A stretch of DNA of 63,335 nucleotides, the filler included, from Phoronis australis (Eukaryota > Animalia > Phoronida): NCBI GenBank assembly GCA_002633005.1. It is 6 parts of 6 records of this genome, joined end to end, with 100 filler letters (N's around TTAATTAATTAA, not from the genome) between each part and the next. Parts side by side here need not be neighbours in the genome. Positions count along the whole stretch, not along the records: positions 42,593 to 58,250 come from NMRA01000721.1; positions 58,351 to 61,701 come from NMRA01003074.1; positions 61,802 to 63,335 come from NMRA01001777.1; 3 more parts are not named here. One strand, given 5' to 3'. Below are positions 50,892 to 63,335 of the stretch, one piece after another. A program made the translations under genes and the position numbers. The notes below the pieces were generated by a model that saw only the letters and a list, made by a program, of their open reading frames with translations, had not been told where the DNA came from and did no database searches. Each line of letters opens with the position of its first letter. The stretch's first letter is position 1.

Positions 50892-52808
50892 CAAAACATC
50901 ACCGTTTCAAATTACTGTCAGAATGTAATTTTACCTTACTAATAGCCGTTCATTCAATTGACGTTTTGTCGAAACACACGTTTGTGTACCATTCTTTGGA
51001 CTCAAAACCTGGTTATAAACTATAATTAATATAAAACGTTTCTTGTCGGCAATGTGCACGTGTTACTCTGGTGTCTTACGTTATAGCATTACGTCTACGT
51101 CGTTCTGATATTTGGTCTCTGAAAAGTCACCACTGCACATTAATACGAGTGCTTTTACCTTGGAACCCTGTCCATATTGGTGAAATTTTTGATGATACCG
51201 ACTTGAACATGGCAGCAGATTGCTGTTAGCATAAATAACTTAAAGTACGTTGATAACCACTATGGCATAATTATTTCAGCCCTTCATCAGGAAATTTACA
51301 GTATATTACATAGCCATGTGAGCTGGCAATCCCAAATTGGTTGGATTATTAGAGCTTGCTGTCAAGAATTGACATGGGATTTGGCGGTAATAGGCAGTGC
51401 GGACCAAAGCAAATGCGGTTCGACGTGTTTTGTAGATAGTGTATAGAACTGCTTCACCATATTACAGTTTGACGATGTATTCGTCTTTGTAGCGTAGGCT
51501 TTTTTCCAACAATGTTCTAAGAGTCACTCGAATTTCGGTGGGGTCTGAGAGTATTGAATTTTTATCCGGCAAGTCACGCATATTCCCTGACAATGGAGGT
51601 TGGCTCTACCTTTCGTTTTGTCATGCACTGCTTGCGCTAACAACGGCTGATCTACAAATTCAATTTTTAGGTACCCGGATATTGCATTTGGCGGTACTCT
51701 AACCTGAACCTCTTTCCACAAGATATTGCTCCATCAATAGTTGTTATAGGGATAGAAATGATATCCGTTAGTACTCAGTTAGAATTGGAACGACGGCCAT
51801 ATCAATTCATGGGTTTCTTATTTATTAGATCTTATCAGCAATCGCCTCAATGTGGAGACTTCGACACACGTTGTCTTGGTATTTTTGAGTTTGCGCTGTC
51901 AATAACAGTCAGGACGGGAAGGAAACCCCGCCTTCAATAAATCGTACTCAAATTCGCGTAAACAAATAACAATAATATAACAAATATCTCCATTAAACAA
52001 ACATGGCGATGATACCGTAATGATGACGTATTATTGTCCCCTTACATGTGCATGTCAATAACTTGTGAAAGCCTGTAAATGCACGTCATCGACCGACGAT
52101 AAAAATACCCACCATTTGCCTTTTCCGACAGGTCGTGCCTTCGAAGACGGTCGAACTTGTACTCAGTGTTTGAAGTGCTTGACTTGGAAGCTGAAATTAA
52201 TTAATGTCATCAGGTTGTTCACTGCATTATTCAGAAAAAACTGGTTCACGAATCTGTATCGGATGTTGTGCAACAGGACTCATGACGTTAGTTCATTTGT
52301 TGAACATGACCACTTTTTGGCTGCTCTGTAGTAATCGTCTGTGATTTGAGCTCCCCCACAGAAAATGTCTGGTTGAGCTGGATATAATTTGAATATGATA
52401 TAGCCACGAAGTTTTACTCCCTGGGTCTACGCCCAATGTCGTTAGTGGCAAAGATTTGTGGAAGGGCGCCGATTTCAACGGCTTTCCTATGAAGTTCTTG
52501 CAACTAGCTGTCATTTGATTCAAATAACCAACATCAACGATCTTTAAAAATTGATGGGGTTTTATTTCGCAGGATGGCCTTAGTCATCTCTAGATACTAA
52601 CCATTACCATCAAAACAACAATGCAATGAGGATATTATTGATTTTAAAAAGTATACAAAATTGCAGACAAACCTGATCAGTACCAAACCATGATGAATTG
52701 ATTTGGATTGTTGTAAAAACTGTTTACAACCGGTACATGTATATTTGTAATACCACAATAGTTTAATGCATGTTAGAAAGCGAGTAGAAATAGTCATTTG
52801 TACTTTAC

Positions 52809-53259
52809 CTTCTTTTTCCGTCACTTTTCCTGATGGGAACTGAACTGAACTTCCTGCTTCAATCTTTAATCCTAATGGAAACAAACGAACAACAGTTTAC
52901 TATATACAGGGGAAGAAGGATGTCAACAAAATAGGCTTGGGCTTGGCACGATTTTTTCCTCTGGCTGCAAACACTTCTAGTAAGCAAAGTAAACCGAGAA
53001 ATAATCACACTCGTTTTTAATTCCAGATTTTTCTCAACCAAACTTTGATTTTTAGATTACACGGTATTTTTATTGAATGTGACGCATTTTGAAGAAAGAG
53101 CAGCAAAACAATAAATTGAAGAGGTAGGGTATGATACAAAAAATTGCATACCTGCCATCGTACCCTGTTTTTTACCTCTTCTATAGCTATACTCAAATTC
53201 ATCGGCACCATCATAGATATCTGAGATCTGTCTTTCAATGTTACCACTGACATCGGGAT
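52809..53259 (-). pseudogene. two phase-compatible exon-like segments (53259-53152, 52871-52809) of an unidentified gene
   Basis: AG/GT bounded, 108 and 63 nt: DPDVSGNIERQISDIYDGADEFEYSYRRGKKQGTMA + GLKIEAGSSVQFPSGKVTEKE. Neighbouring homologous segments contain stops. Confidence 0.4.
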
Positions 53260-56099
53260 CTGAAATACACAATTTACTGTAAAGAACAACATTAAAGTGG
53301 AGACCATAGAATTTACGGTTAAATATCAAAAACGTGAATGTTAAAATGGCCTCAGTACAATTATGTCCATAAGCAAAATAAAACTTCGCGTAGTAACGCA
53401 TGAATGCTGATCCCCTGCGTAAAGTACATGACATACATGTACATGTAATCCCACACAACAGGAAATCCTCAGAGCTAACATGTAACGCGACTCTCTAAGG
53501 CTTTTGTTGAACTTATGTGACAAAGTCTGTCCATATGACTCTGTCGTCTGCTTGATACAGTATCATCTTGCTAATGTGTATCATGAAGATCATTGTCACG
53601 TGACCTGATTCATTATGCACTATACTTGGTGACAAGTGTGACCATCTCTTTTTATTTCAACCTGGATGTGAGTGAAATCGGTGAAGACTAGGGGCGTGTA
53701 TTATCTGCAATTCTGCATGTACCTCACCTACATTGCACCGCATACAGAAGATGTATTTTCACTCGTCTTTTCGGATTTCGGCTAGTAAAAAGTCATATTC
53801 GAAAAGGGGCGTCGCAACTCCATTGCAGCAGGTGAGAGTGACCCAATTTCTAACTGGTATTCAACTTTTCTGCTAGCTTTTACGGTTGTTTTTCACCCGT
53901 AATTTCGAGTTCATGGAGTTAACGTTGTCACCAGTGCCAATGGTTGGTGGCATCTTCTGCCGTACACTAAGAATGGGTGAGCTACTGAAACAGATATTTC
54001 CAGGCCAAAAGGCTGCCACAAGCCACTATAATACTCAATGAATTTATCTCTCAAAGGAACCATCTCTTCCTGCAGTCATAGGAGCCAAGTCCTGTCCTTG
54101 TCAACATCCGAATTAGAAGTAACGCCTGCTCTACATGTGACATTTTATGGAAATGTTTCTCAGACCCAAGTAAGCACACATCATTATCACGTGGCATCTT
54201 GTTGCTAACCAACATGTTTTCCACATTTGGTATTTTTCCAGTGCTGGGAAAATTTGAGTTATTTTGAGGCTTTTGGTTTCATATCAATCTGCTTAGGTAA
54301 TATAAAGTAAAATAGTCTAGACATGATTTGTAAAATAAGTGGATTATGTTTGCCAAGAGTCGAGCCTGAACATATATGTTACTGTAAAATAAACCATTGG
54401 AAAATACACATGGTCAATAAAACAACTCATGTTATGGTTATCAAACCATTTACGCTGTCTCGTCCCTGTCGTTCAGGTAGGTGAATGGGAAGTAGTTCAG
54501 TCCAAGATTGCAAATTTCAGTTCTGTCGGTCCGGCGGCTACGAAATGTGTGATAGACAAGTTAGCGGAGAGGTACTTTACTCTTGGCGTTGGAAGCTGTG
54601 CATGTAATTATGACACCGTGTTTCTGCATTGTAATGTTTAGCTTCACCATTGTCTATATGCTTCCAATATTGCCTTAGGAATTTCAATTATTATCTCAAC
54701 CTATTGTTCAAGCGTGGTCTGAGGAGTGAACTGTTGCGTGCCCTTCTTGCTTAGTGAGCAGACGTGAACTGAATTGTCTCAACACCCTCGCCGACCAACT
54801 AGTACTTTCCCATCACAAATAACACTGCCCCTACAGGGAATACCTAGCATACCTAACAGAGAGTAAAAAATACCGTATGTGAAAAGTTGTCCAGATTTTA
54901 AAGGTATACTTAAGGGTGCTGAAGTTGACGTCACGTAGCCAGTTTGTCCCAGTTAAAGATATTTAGGAATTTACATTGCGCAGTTCCAGGTTGTGCGAGA
55001 TTTAGGAACAGGGTAAAAATATTAAACACAAACAATTAAGTCACAAATGGAGCAAAATTATTTGTTTTAAGCGAGGATATGGTCGGAACACGTTTCGCAT
55101 GTAAAATCAACCTTTACTGGAAAAGAAGGTGTCCAGTAATAATATGTCAGAGGCTACTACCACGTGAGGCGTTTGCAAGAATCATAACCGAACGAAAGAC
55201 AACAAGAGTTTTTGGTAAGAAATCTAACTCTTTTTCAGACGCAGACATAGAGAAAATTCCGTTGTTCAAGTCCACAGGGTAAACGTTGTCACCAGTGCCA
55301 GTGGTTGGTAGCATCTTCAGCGTGCACTAAGAATGGAATTGACATTTCTATGTCAAAAGTGTACCACAAACTCCTATAATACTCAACTTATCTTTCAAAG
55401 GAACCATTTTCTTTCCGCAGTTACAGGAGCCCAGTTCTGGCCTTGTTAACATCCGAAGTAGCAGTGACACCTGATCTACCCGCGACACTTTGTGGTATAT
55501 TTTTGCACGTGTCATTTTGTTGCTGACCACGTGTATTTTTGCATATTTGGCATTATTTTGTCCGAAAGAGCACTCGATTCATCAATTATGCAATTCCGCA
55601 CAAAGTCGACTATTTTGACGCTTTCAAATTCCTGCAAGACCTGTTGTTTAACACCTAACCACCACTAAACACAATACTTTCTTCCGACACGTCATCAATT
55701 TCATGCATCAATACGTCATCCGGCCTTCTCATACAATGCCTTGAGTGCGTGTTTTGACATGGCCCGAGTACTGCGGGTATTTTTTATCCAAAACTGCGCT
55801 TCACTCACTGCAAGGTCCTTATGAAATTTAGAAACTGCATTCGTATGAACGTGATTTCAAAAACAGGTGTACCAATTTCATGTTTTATGTTTGACTCTTC
55901 AGCTACATGTACTAGTAGGAAGATTTCGACGCAATCCGTTTTAGGAAGGTTTTTGAGATCTTGCGTCACTTGGTAGCAATTTTGTGTTATAATGAATATT
56001 TCTAGAAGCATGCTTTTGGCCGAACCATTTGCGATTATTCAACGATTTGCATTATTTTAATTTATTTTTATGTTTAGTTTGTGGAGAACAAGTGTTGCG

Positions 56100-56369
56100 A
56101 ACATAGTTTAACATTTAACTCTGCATAGAAATAAGAAAAATATCCTGGAGCACTGTTTGGTGTTACAAACATAGTTTAACATTTAACTCTGCATAGAAAT
56201 AAGAAAAAATTTCCTGGAGCACCGTTTGGTGTTAGAAACATATTTTAACATTTAACTCTGCATAGAAATAAGAAAAATATCCTGGAGCACTGTTTGGTGT
56301 TACAAACATAGTTTAACATTTAACTCTGCATAGAAATAAGAAAAATATCCTGGAGCACTGTTTGGTGTT
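56100..56369. repeat. 68-bp minisatellite, ~4 copies
   Basis: Unit ACATAGTTTAACATTTAACTCTGCATAGAAATAAGAAAAATATCCTGGAGCACTGTTTGGTGTTACAA. Confidence 0.95.
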
Positions 56370-57924
56370 CCAAAGATTGCTAAGGTTAGACTTGTCACAT
56401 AAATGTTTGCTAAACCATGTTTACTTGAAAATAGTAAAAAAACACCTACTGCTCTTTAAGTTCGGTTAAAATGTGGTTGTGTAAAGAAGTTGTTTAGCAA
56501 AAGTGGCTATGATTTTAGACAAGATATGTTTGAGAAACATCACACCAATTCCAAAATACAAAACTTAAAAATTCACATTTCTGAGACAAAATCAAAAGGA
56601 TTCCAGATATAAATCTTCACCATACATATCAGTCCGAGTTTCATATTAGGTGGCAATTTGCTTGAAATTATTGTGTACATCTGTTTGATACAAAACCGTC
56701 GTAACCTCAGTAAAAAAATTGGCATTTGATCGTGGTTCCCTGGGTCATGGTCACCGCTTGCTGATTACTAATAATAATTAAATCAAATAGATGCTGGAAT
56801 GCCGTGCAGTTATCGACGGATAAAAACATAAATTACTGAAATAGTAAAACTATGACCGGCATTGTTAATGCTGGTCTTCTGTGCGATTTTACTTACTTCC
56901 ATCTACAAATTTCCGGTAGTGTGTGTCATACATGTACCCTTGACCGAGAGCGCATTGCTCGAAGGGTGTTGAATATTTTAATATATTTTAGTACTGACGC
57001 TGATCGTTGTATTTCTACTAGTTTTATTGATTAAAGTTCGATATGATGTTAGGTCTAAGTAAAACTTTACTTATACAAGGTTTCACTCACGTGTCAGATT
57101 TACTGTTGAGCAAACTGACGGCTACATTTAGGGGCGTGCCTGCACAAAAATGACTCAGGTCCTCAACTTGCGGTCACGAGAGCGAACACAATTGTGACAG
57201 CTGTCAAAATCACGTAAGACGTTTTTTATGCATACACGTGGTCTTAGGAACATTGAAACTTGAAATCATTCCTGTAAAACAGATTCCTGAGGAATTTTTG
57301 GTATTCTGAAAGACACTAGAGCTGAAAAATAATAAATGGGTAATTTGGCAAGAACTTCTCTCACTAGACTCAATATGCTTCATACAGACAGCACTTTGTT
57401 ATGTCGCCGTTTCCCTATTTAAATTATAAGGCTGGTATCAGTGTCACCATCAAGGACTGCCGTTTGATTTGAAATAAAATTCGCGTATTAAGTGTTCTAG
57501 CTGGCCCTCGATGTTTTTCAGTCACAGTTAAATTCGAACTCGACAGACTTCAATAACTTGCGCCTGCAGGGTTGGCTGGACATTTTAATTTGCACGTGAC
57601 GGCTACGACTAGCATTTGCTTGTTCTGAGTATCTGAGTGTTGCCCATCAAACTTAAACCCACGTTTTGATCTGACTTCACTTTTCCTAAACATTCAGTGC
57701 TTGCAAGCGAGATAGCCAGATTCTTTGTTTTTCTTGAACTTGGGTCATTTTAAAGAAACAATTATTTGAAAATTAATCGTAACGTATACATGATGACATT
57801 TTGCCTTCAACAAGAAATAAATACGCTTGTCTTTGTTGTTTTTTTCAAAATACAATTAACCTCCATTGTTGTTTACAATGGTTTTTACAGTATTCAAAAA
57901 TGTGATTTTACACAACATGCTTAC

Positions 57925-58032
57925 CTGCTGTCGTAGCCACTTTCTGGTCAGATTTCTTGCGATACACAGCATGAGACCCATCAAGAGAGATTTTTGAGAT
58001 CTGCTTGTCAATGTCAGCAATGCCATGAGGGT
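57925..58032 (-). pseudogene. 108-nt exon paralogous to 53152-53259
   Basis: tatttcag|...GCAG|gtaagc. DPHGIADIDKQISKISLDGSHAVYRKKSDQKVATTA, with the same length and phase as its paralogue. Confidence 0.45.
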
Positions 58033-58350
58033 CTGAAATATAAGACTTACTATAAACGGCATGGTAAAAGTGGAGAACATTAAACTTACAAGGAAACACA
58101 TGATTGTAGTCTGCTTGATAGAAAGCCATCTTGCTAACGTATATCATGAAGACCATGGTCGCAAAGGCCTGCTTCATCGTGAATTTTCCTCGGTGACATC
58201 TGTGACCATCTTTTTGTATTTGTGAAATTGATGACGACTGCTGGCGTGTANNNNNNNNNNNNNNNNNNNNNNNNNNNNNNNNNNNNNNNNNNNNTTAATT
58301 AATTAANNNNNNNNNNNNNNNNNNNNNNNNNNNNNNNNNNNNNNNNNNNN

Positions 58351-61300
58351 TTAAGAAGTAAAGCAGAACTTGTGTTATTTAGCACTTGTTGATCTCATCT
58401 GCTAAAAAACGTTTGAGAATTGTCTCTGTAACGCCGATGTCATTGAGTTGCCGGGTGACTGGATGCGTGACAGTCTAACATGAGTTATTTTTGGGGGGAT
58501 TTGAGGGGTCGGTAAGGGTACGGAAGTGTTCACTATCAGTGGGTCATTTTGACTTTTAAAACACCAATTACGACTAATTTAATAACTTCCTCTTAAAAAT
58601 AACGCAAACGTGTTTACAGTATTAAAAACTTTCGGAAATAAGTGCCAGTTTATATTTCTTGCCGATGCTATGCTACCCGATTCATGAATAGATGGTTCCC
58701 AAAGACTAATCTTCGATGACAAGTAGTTGAATGTTGCGCGCTTCCTAGCCACGTGCTTCTAACTGAACAAAAGTCAAGTTTTTATTAGTCTTCGATTCAC
58801 GGCTTTCACATGTACAAAGAGATTTGGATTCCTGTTGAGATAGAAGATCTGTACGTGAAAGATACAATACAATCCATTTGACAAGTACGCTGCATCTTTT
58901 CTGAAAGGCCAGACCGTAATAGGGCACTTCCCTTGCAAGATCAGCAAAACTTGCGTTCTTTTTGATGTACGGCGGAAGTTTGAAGTGTAGCATAGTCACG
59001 GCTAAATATCGACATGGCGGCGAGGCTCGTGGTCTACAAATTTCGCGCATAATGATTTTTTCAGGACTGTCGGATCTTATTGATGAATTGAAGACGTTAC
59101 TATAGAATTTTAGAACTGTAGGTAAGGCATTTTTTGCATGTACACGGCGTTCATGGACTGGGTGCTTATTTTAGCAAAATTTGAAAACGCATGGGGAGGC
59201 GCTTATAGGGGCATGGGCACTTATTAGGGCGAATACGGAATATTAATTTAGGAGGCCCTGCTGTTTGGCTATCGTACTAATATAGGAGGCCCCGTCTGAA
59301 GTCCACGCAAGAGTGGGATCCACATGCTAGTATTTGTGGCCTCACCTTAAAGTGACTGAAAAGGAGGGCCGTCTATATTAATTTAGGCATAAAGGTGTAA
59401 AGGATTCTTGATAAGATACTGGCCGTGTTGATGTGTCTTTTTAGAAATGAAACTCTAATGTAATCATAAGTTAGATGGTCTGTTACCAAACTCGACGCTG
59501 TACAAAATCTGACATTGTGTATGTATTCGTAGTATTCAAATGATGATGAGAATAATATGTTTAAGATTTGCAGGATTGGTCACTTCCCAACTCGTGTTCA
59601 AAAAACTTTCTCAAGCAGGACTTGTATGTTTATTTGTTACTATTCAGTTGGCTAATCTTGGTGAAAACAAATAAGTGGCAAAATGCACAAGTTTGAGACT
59701 GCAATGGTAACTGCAATACATTATAGATTCATGCGAGTACTGGAGAACGGGTTTGGATTCAGTGACTGGACAAGAGTCTCTGGAAAGGGGATGAGTGGAT
59801 CTGTCCAGCTGACACTGGACACTTGGAACCCTAAATATGGTGAGTCTTGTCTATTGATGGCTGCATTGGGAATGGTGTATTAAAGTCACCTTCAGCACCT
59901 TTAAAGTGGAACTTGCACGCTAATTCCTTATCTCTGTGATTGGTGGGTCAAATTAGTTAGAAGCACAACATAGCGACGATGTGAATTTGAAGTTAGTTGA
60001 AAATTGCCAAATGTTTTTAAGAACAAGTTTTGAGTCGAAAATAATCCGCTGTGAATCGCTCATAGTGCAAAGGTCTATTTGCTGAATTTTTTGTTTTCAC
60101 ATTTACATGTTGTCAGTGAATACAACTGCACTTTCTTTAGCGTAGGTGATGTTCAAATAGCATTGTCGTTTAGTTCCTACTATACATTAACATAGGAGCA
60201 TGCCAATACATCTCTAAAAACCTCTGCTCAGTCAGTTTCTGTCTGGAATACACCAAATTTGCCGTGATTCTTTAATAGTTCCAGTTTTACACGATTACAC
60301 TTTCTACTGACGGTTTCCATGGCTACATTCCCCTCTGTGAACTTCATTCTCATTTGAAATTAATGAAAAGCCTTGTGGTGAAATTTGATTGACTGGATTA
60401 AGATCAATGATTGCTTCAAGGGAAAGATTCCCCACTCCTAACTTGTTTCATTTGAATTTGAAGTTTGCAACTACAGCTTGACCTGCTGAGCTCTGTGCGG
60501 AACGTTTTGTCGGAGAACTTCAAGAAAAAGTGGGAACTTACTATACAGTAAAAAATTTCAAATTCTAGAACGAAGAAAATATAACCTTTTGTTAGTTTCC
60601 TTGTTCCAAATTTTAGAGACTGTCCAAATTAGAAATTTTTGCCATATTACAAATTCTGACATTCCGTATTCACCGCAATAACCGCCCATGCCCCTATATA
60701 CGCCCCCCTCGCATTTTCAGACTTTGCTAAAATAAGCACCCAGTCCATGAACGTGTACGTGGGAAAAATGCCTTACCTACAGTCCTAAAATTCTACAGTA
60801 ACATTTTAATTTTATCAATAATATCTGACAGTCCTGAAAAAATCATTGTGCTCAGAATTTGTAGACCACGAGCCTCGCCGCCATGTCGGTATTTAGCGTG
60901 ACTATACACTTCAAACTTCCGCCATGCCTCAAAACAAACACAAAAGTTCTGCTGATCTTGCGAGGACCAATGGTGTGGCCTTTCAGAACAGAAGTAGTAC
61001 GGGATTGCTTTGTAGAAATTTCCCACTTTCAACATTAATCCAAATTTCTTTGTACATGTGAAAACTGCGAATCGAAGACTAAATAAAAAGCTTGGCCAGG
61101 AAGCGCGCGCTACTCACATGAACCTGTCATCAAAGACATTATTCGGGAACTATCAATTCATGAAACGGGTAGCATAGCATCGGTAAGAAATGAATATTGG
61201 CACTAATTTCCGACAGTTTCTAATACTACACAAAGTGTTCGCGTTATTTTTAAGATGAATTGTTTGATTAACCATAATTAGTATTTTTAAGCCAAATATA

Positions 61301-61480
61301 AAATTTCCACTGACAGTGAATGCTTACACACCCTTACACCGAAATATAACTGTCAGATTGTCCCGTACGCATCCAGCCACACGGTGACTAATATGGTCCT
61401 TACCGAGACAAATGTCGAACGTTTTTAGCACATGAGGCGGGCAAGTGCTGAATGAAACACGCTCTGGTTTAGGCCTACTA
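58351..61480. repeat. long diverged inverted repeat (arms ~58351-59240 and ~60661-61480)
   Basis: e.g. GGCGGCGAGGCTCGTGGTCTACAAATT (~59016) vs its reverse complement (~60857). Inner ends ...GAATACGGAAT / ATTCCGTATTC... Similarity runs out to the contig start. Confidence 0.9.
59727..59839 (+). CDS. candidate orphan exon between the inverted arms
   Basis: cattatag|...AATATG|gtgagt. Only one frame is open: FMRVLENGFGFSDWTRVSGKGMSGSVQLTLDTWNPKY. No family recognised. Confidence 0.4.
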
Positions 61481-61801
61481 CTTGTGCAAATTTCTTTAGC
61501 TACAATGCACATCTAGCTCGTTAGATTGCGTGGCTCTGGCCAAAAGACGGTCTCTGCTTTGGCAAATGAACTCTGGTGACACGCATGCGCTCGCTTACTC
61601 ACAAACGCTGACGAACTTCAAAACAAACGTCATGTGTCAACAACATGTGTGTTCAGACATTTTTCTCATGTTGCCGGTCATGTACATGGCATGATGTAGC
61701 ANNNNNNNNNNNNNNNNNNNNNNNNNNNNNNNNNNNNNNNNNNNNTTAATTAATTAANNNNNNNNNNNNNNNNNNNNNNNNNNNNNNNNNNNNNNNNNNN
61801 N

Positions 61802-63335
61802 TGTCCATAACAGCTGTTGATGACATCACAGGCAAATCCGTTTGCATATCCGAAGCAACAGAAGATGCCTGAGAAAACGAGCCTGTAGTTCCAGATATAT
61901 TTTGATGAGGAGTTGTGGTAGATAAGTCAGTAGAAGCTTCTAAATCAACAGTCGAATCGGAAGTTGTTGGTGTTACGGTATCAGTAAGTTTGTCTAATGT
62001 TGCAGTGGACAAGTCTTTTGATTTGCTAGACGTGTCATCTGGCTGAAAAGTTGTTTTTGCACTTTGCGAGCTCACTGAGGTCTTTACGTCTGACTTTGTA
62101 GTCATCTTGTCATGTGTTACCCCCGTCGTCTCAACACCTGGTGTTGAAACTGAATCATCTGTTGCAACAGTAGACAAATATGGTCTTTTAGTTTGTGTAA
62201 TAACTGTAGCTGTCCTAGAGACATCAGTGGGTATTTCCTTTGACATGGGAACGTTGTTAGTAGTCAAATCAGGCAGTGCTGATTCGCTGCTAGAACTAGG
62301 TTTCGTGGTGGTGCTTCCCATATCTGAGGTCGTTACACTTTTGTCAGTTACAGCATCAGAAGTTGTGGCAAACAATTTTGTAGTGACAGCAACGTCTTCT
62401 GTTGCCAAAGTCGAGACTTCACTTAGAGGCTTAACTGTTGTAACAACAATCAGATTATCCAATTTGGAATCATCTGAAATTCCCATATCTGAGGTCGTTA
62501 CACTTTTGTCAGTTACAGCATCAGAAGTTGTGGCAAACAATTTTGTAGTGACAGCGAGGTCTTCTGTTGCCAAAGTCGAGACCTTACTTAGAGGCTTAAC
62601 TGTTGTAACAACACTCAGATTATCCAATTTAGAATCATCTGAAACTTGTTTGGCTGTTGTTAGTTTCATGTCTGAGGAAGTAGTACTATCTTTAACTGGT
62701 GTTAATGATCTAACTGCAAAATCCGTTTGCATTGTAGAACTAACAGTTGTTACAAACAGTTTCTCATCGAGAGTTGTGGCAGGTGAATCTGTAGAACTAT
62801 CTGACTCAGCAGTTGTCCTCAAAGTTGCAGTATCGCCTGAAGTTATCGGTACTGTGGTAGCAGTGACATTGTCTAATGTTGAATCATCAGTAGTAAGTTC
62901 AACCCCATCAGTTGTTGTTGTACTCACTGCATCGCCTGTCACATCTGCATCCCCACTGCCATCAACTTCCAATGAGTCAATTGTAGTGGTCAAGTCCATT
63001 AATTTGGTAGACATAATACCATCCGCCTGAGAAGTTGTTAACTTTGAGCTTTGCGAGCTCATTGTGGTCATTACGACTGATGTCGTAGACATTGTGTCAT
63101 GTGGTACACCCGACGTTTCAGCAACTGGTGTAGAAAGAGACTCTTCAGTTGCAAAAGAAGACAGATATGGCGTTTGAGATTGTGTACCCATTGTAGTACG
63201 CTTAGAGATATCAGTAGGCACTTCCTTTGTCATTGGACCCTCCTTAGTGGTCACATCACGCGATGTTGATTCACTGCTAGAACTATGAGGTTCTAAAGTG
63301 GTGGTTCCAATACCTAACTTTGTTGCATTTTTGTC
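61802..63335 (-). CDS. mucin/proteoglycan-like Thr/Ser/Asp-rich protein, partial large exon
   Basis: Open frame of >500 codons from the window edge to the spacer, T/S-rich. Contains a near-perfect 55-aa tandem duplication, a diverged longer repeat and an EVDGSGD motif. Confidence 0.88.

Larger units (their letters stand above)
45690..58250. repeat. dispersed local duplications with decayed exon-like segments
   Basis: Pairs: ~45715-46010 with ~57430-57710; ~47595-47930 with ~54870-55260; ~48100-48340 with ~53830-54100 and ~55280-55450; ~48355-48530 with ~56760-56920; ~53150-53700 with ~57920-58250. Confidence 0.75.

Noticed and set aside
29839-61801. Recurrent palindrome TTAATTAATTAA and apparent gene neighbourhoods across it
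   Set aside because: Artificial six-frame-stop linker inside N runs. It joins separate contigs, so GSTO, the TSP1 gene and the mucin cannot be treated as a cluster.
62107-63030. 307-aa plus-strand Val/Ser-rich ORF
   Set aside because: Antisense shadow of the Thr/Ser-rich mucin frame.

Overview
AT-rich metazoan (invertebrate-like) nuclear DNA with spliceosomal exons and many transposon relics. The window is a concatenation of six pieces joined by artificial 100-bp N/TTAATTAATTAA spacers, so adjacency across spacers carries no information. Host genes: a partial omega-class glutathione S-transferase (30.3-31.8 kb, -), a six-exon secreted protein with an unrecognised 8-Cys N-terminal domain plus two TSP1 repeats (32.7-41.5 kb, +), a partial mucin/proteoglycan-like exon (61.8-63.3 kb, -) and decayed duplicated exons (45.7-58.2 kb). 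Mobile DNA: a complete but decayed TTAA-flanked Sola3-like DDD transposon (2660-7751), a Helentron/HINE-type element, a Penelope-like GIY-YIG fragment, a tRNA-SINE and several MITEs. There are also satellites and a 13-kb mosaic macro-repeat. The top finding is a 5'-truncated HERO-like (restriction-like-endonuclease class) non-LTR retrotransposon fragment. It is followed, across a 632-nt scaffold gap, by an intronless, catalytically intact USP (peptidase C19) deubiquitinase domain, i.e. a candidate retrotransposon carrying a deubiquitinase at its 3' end.
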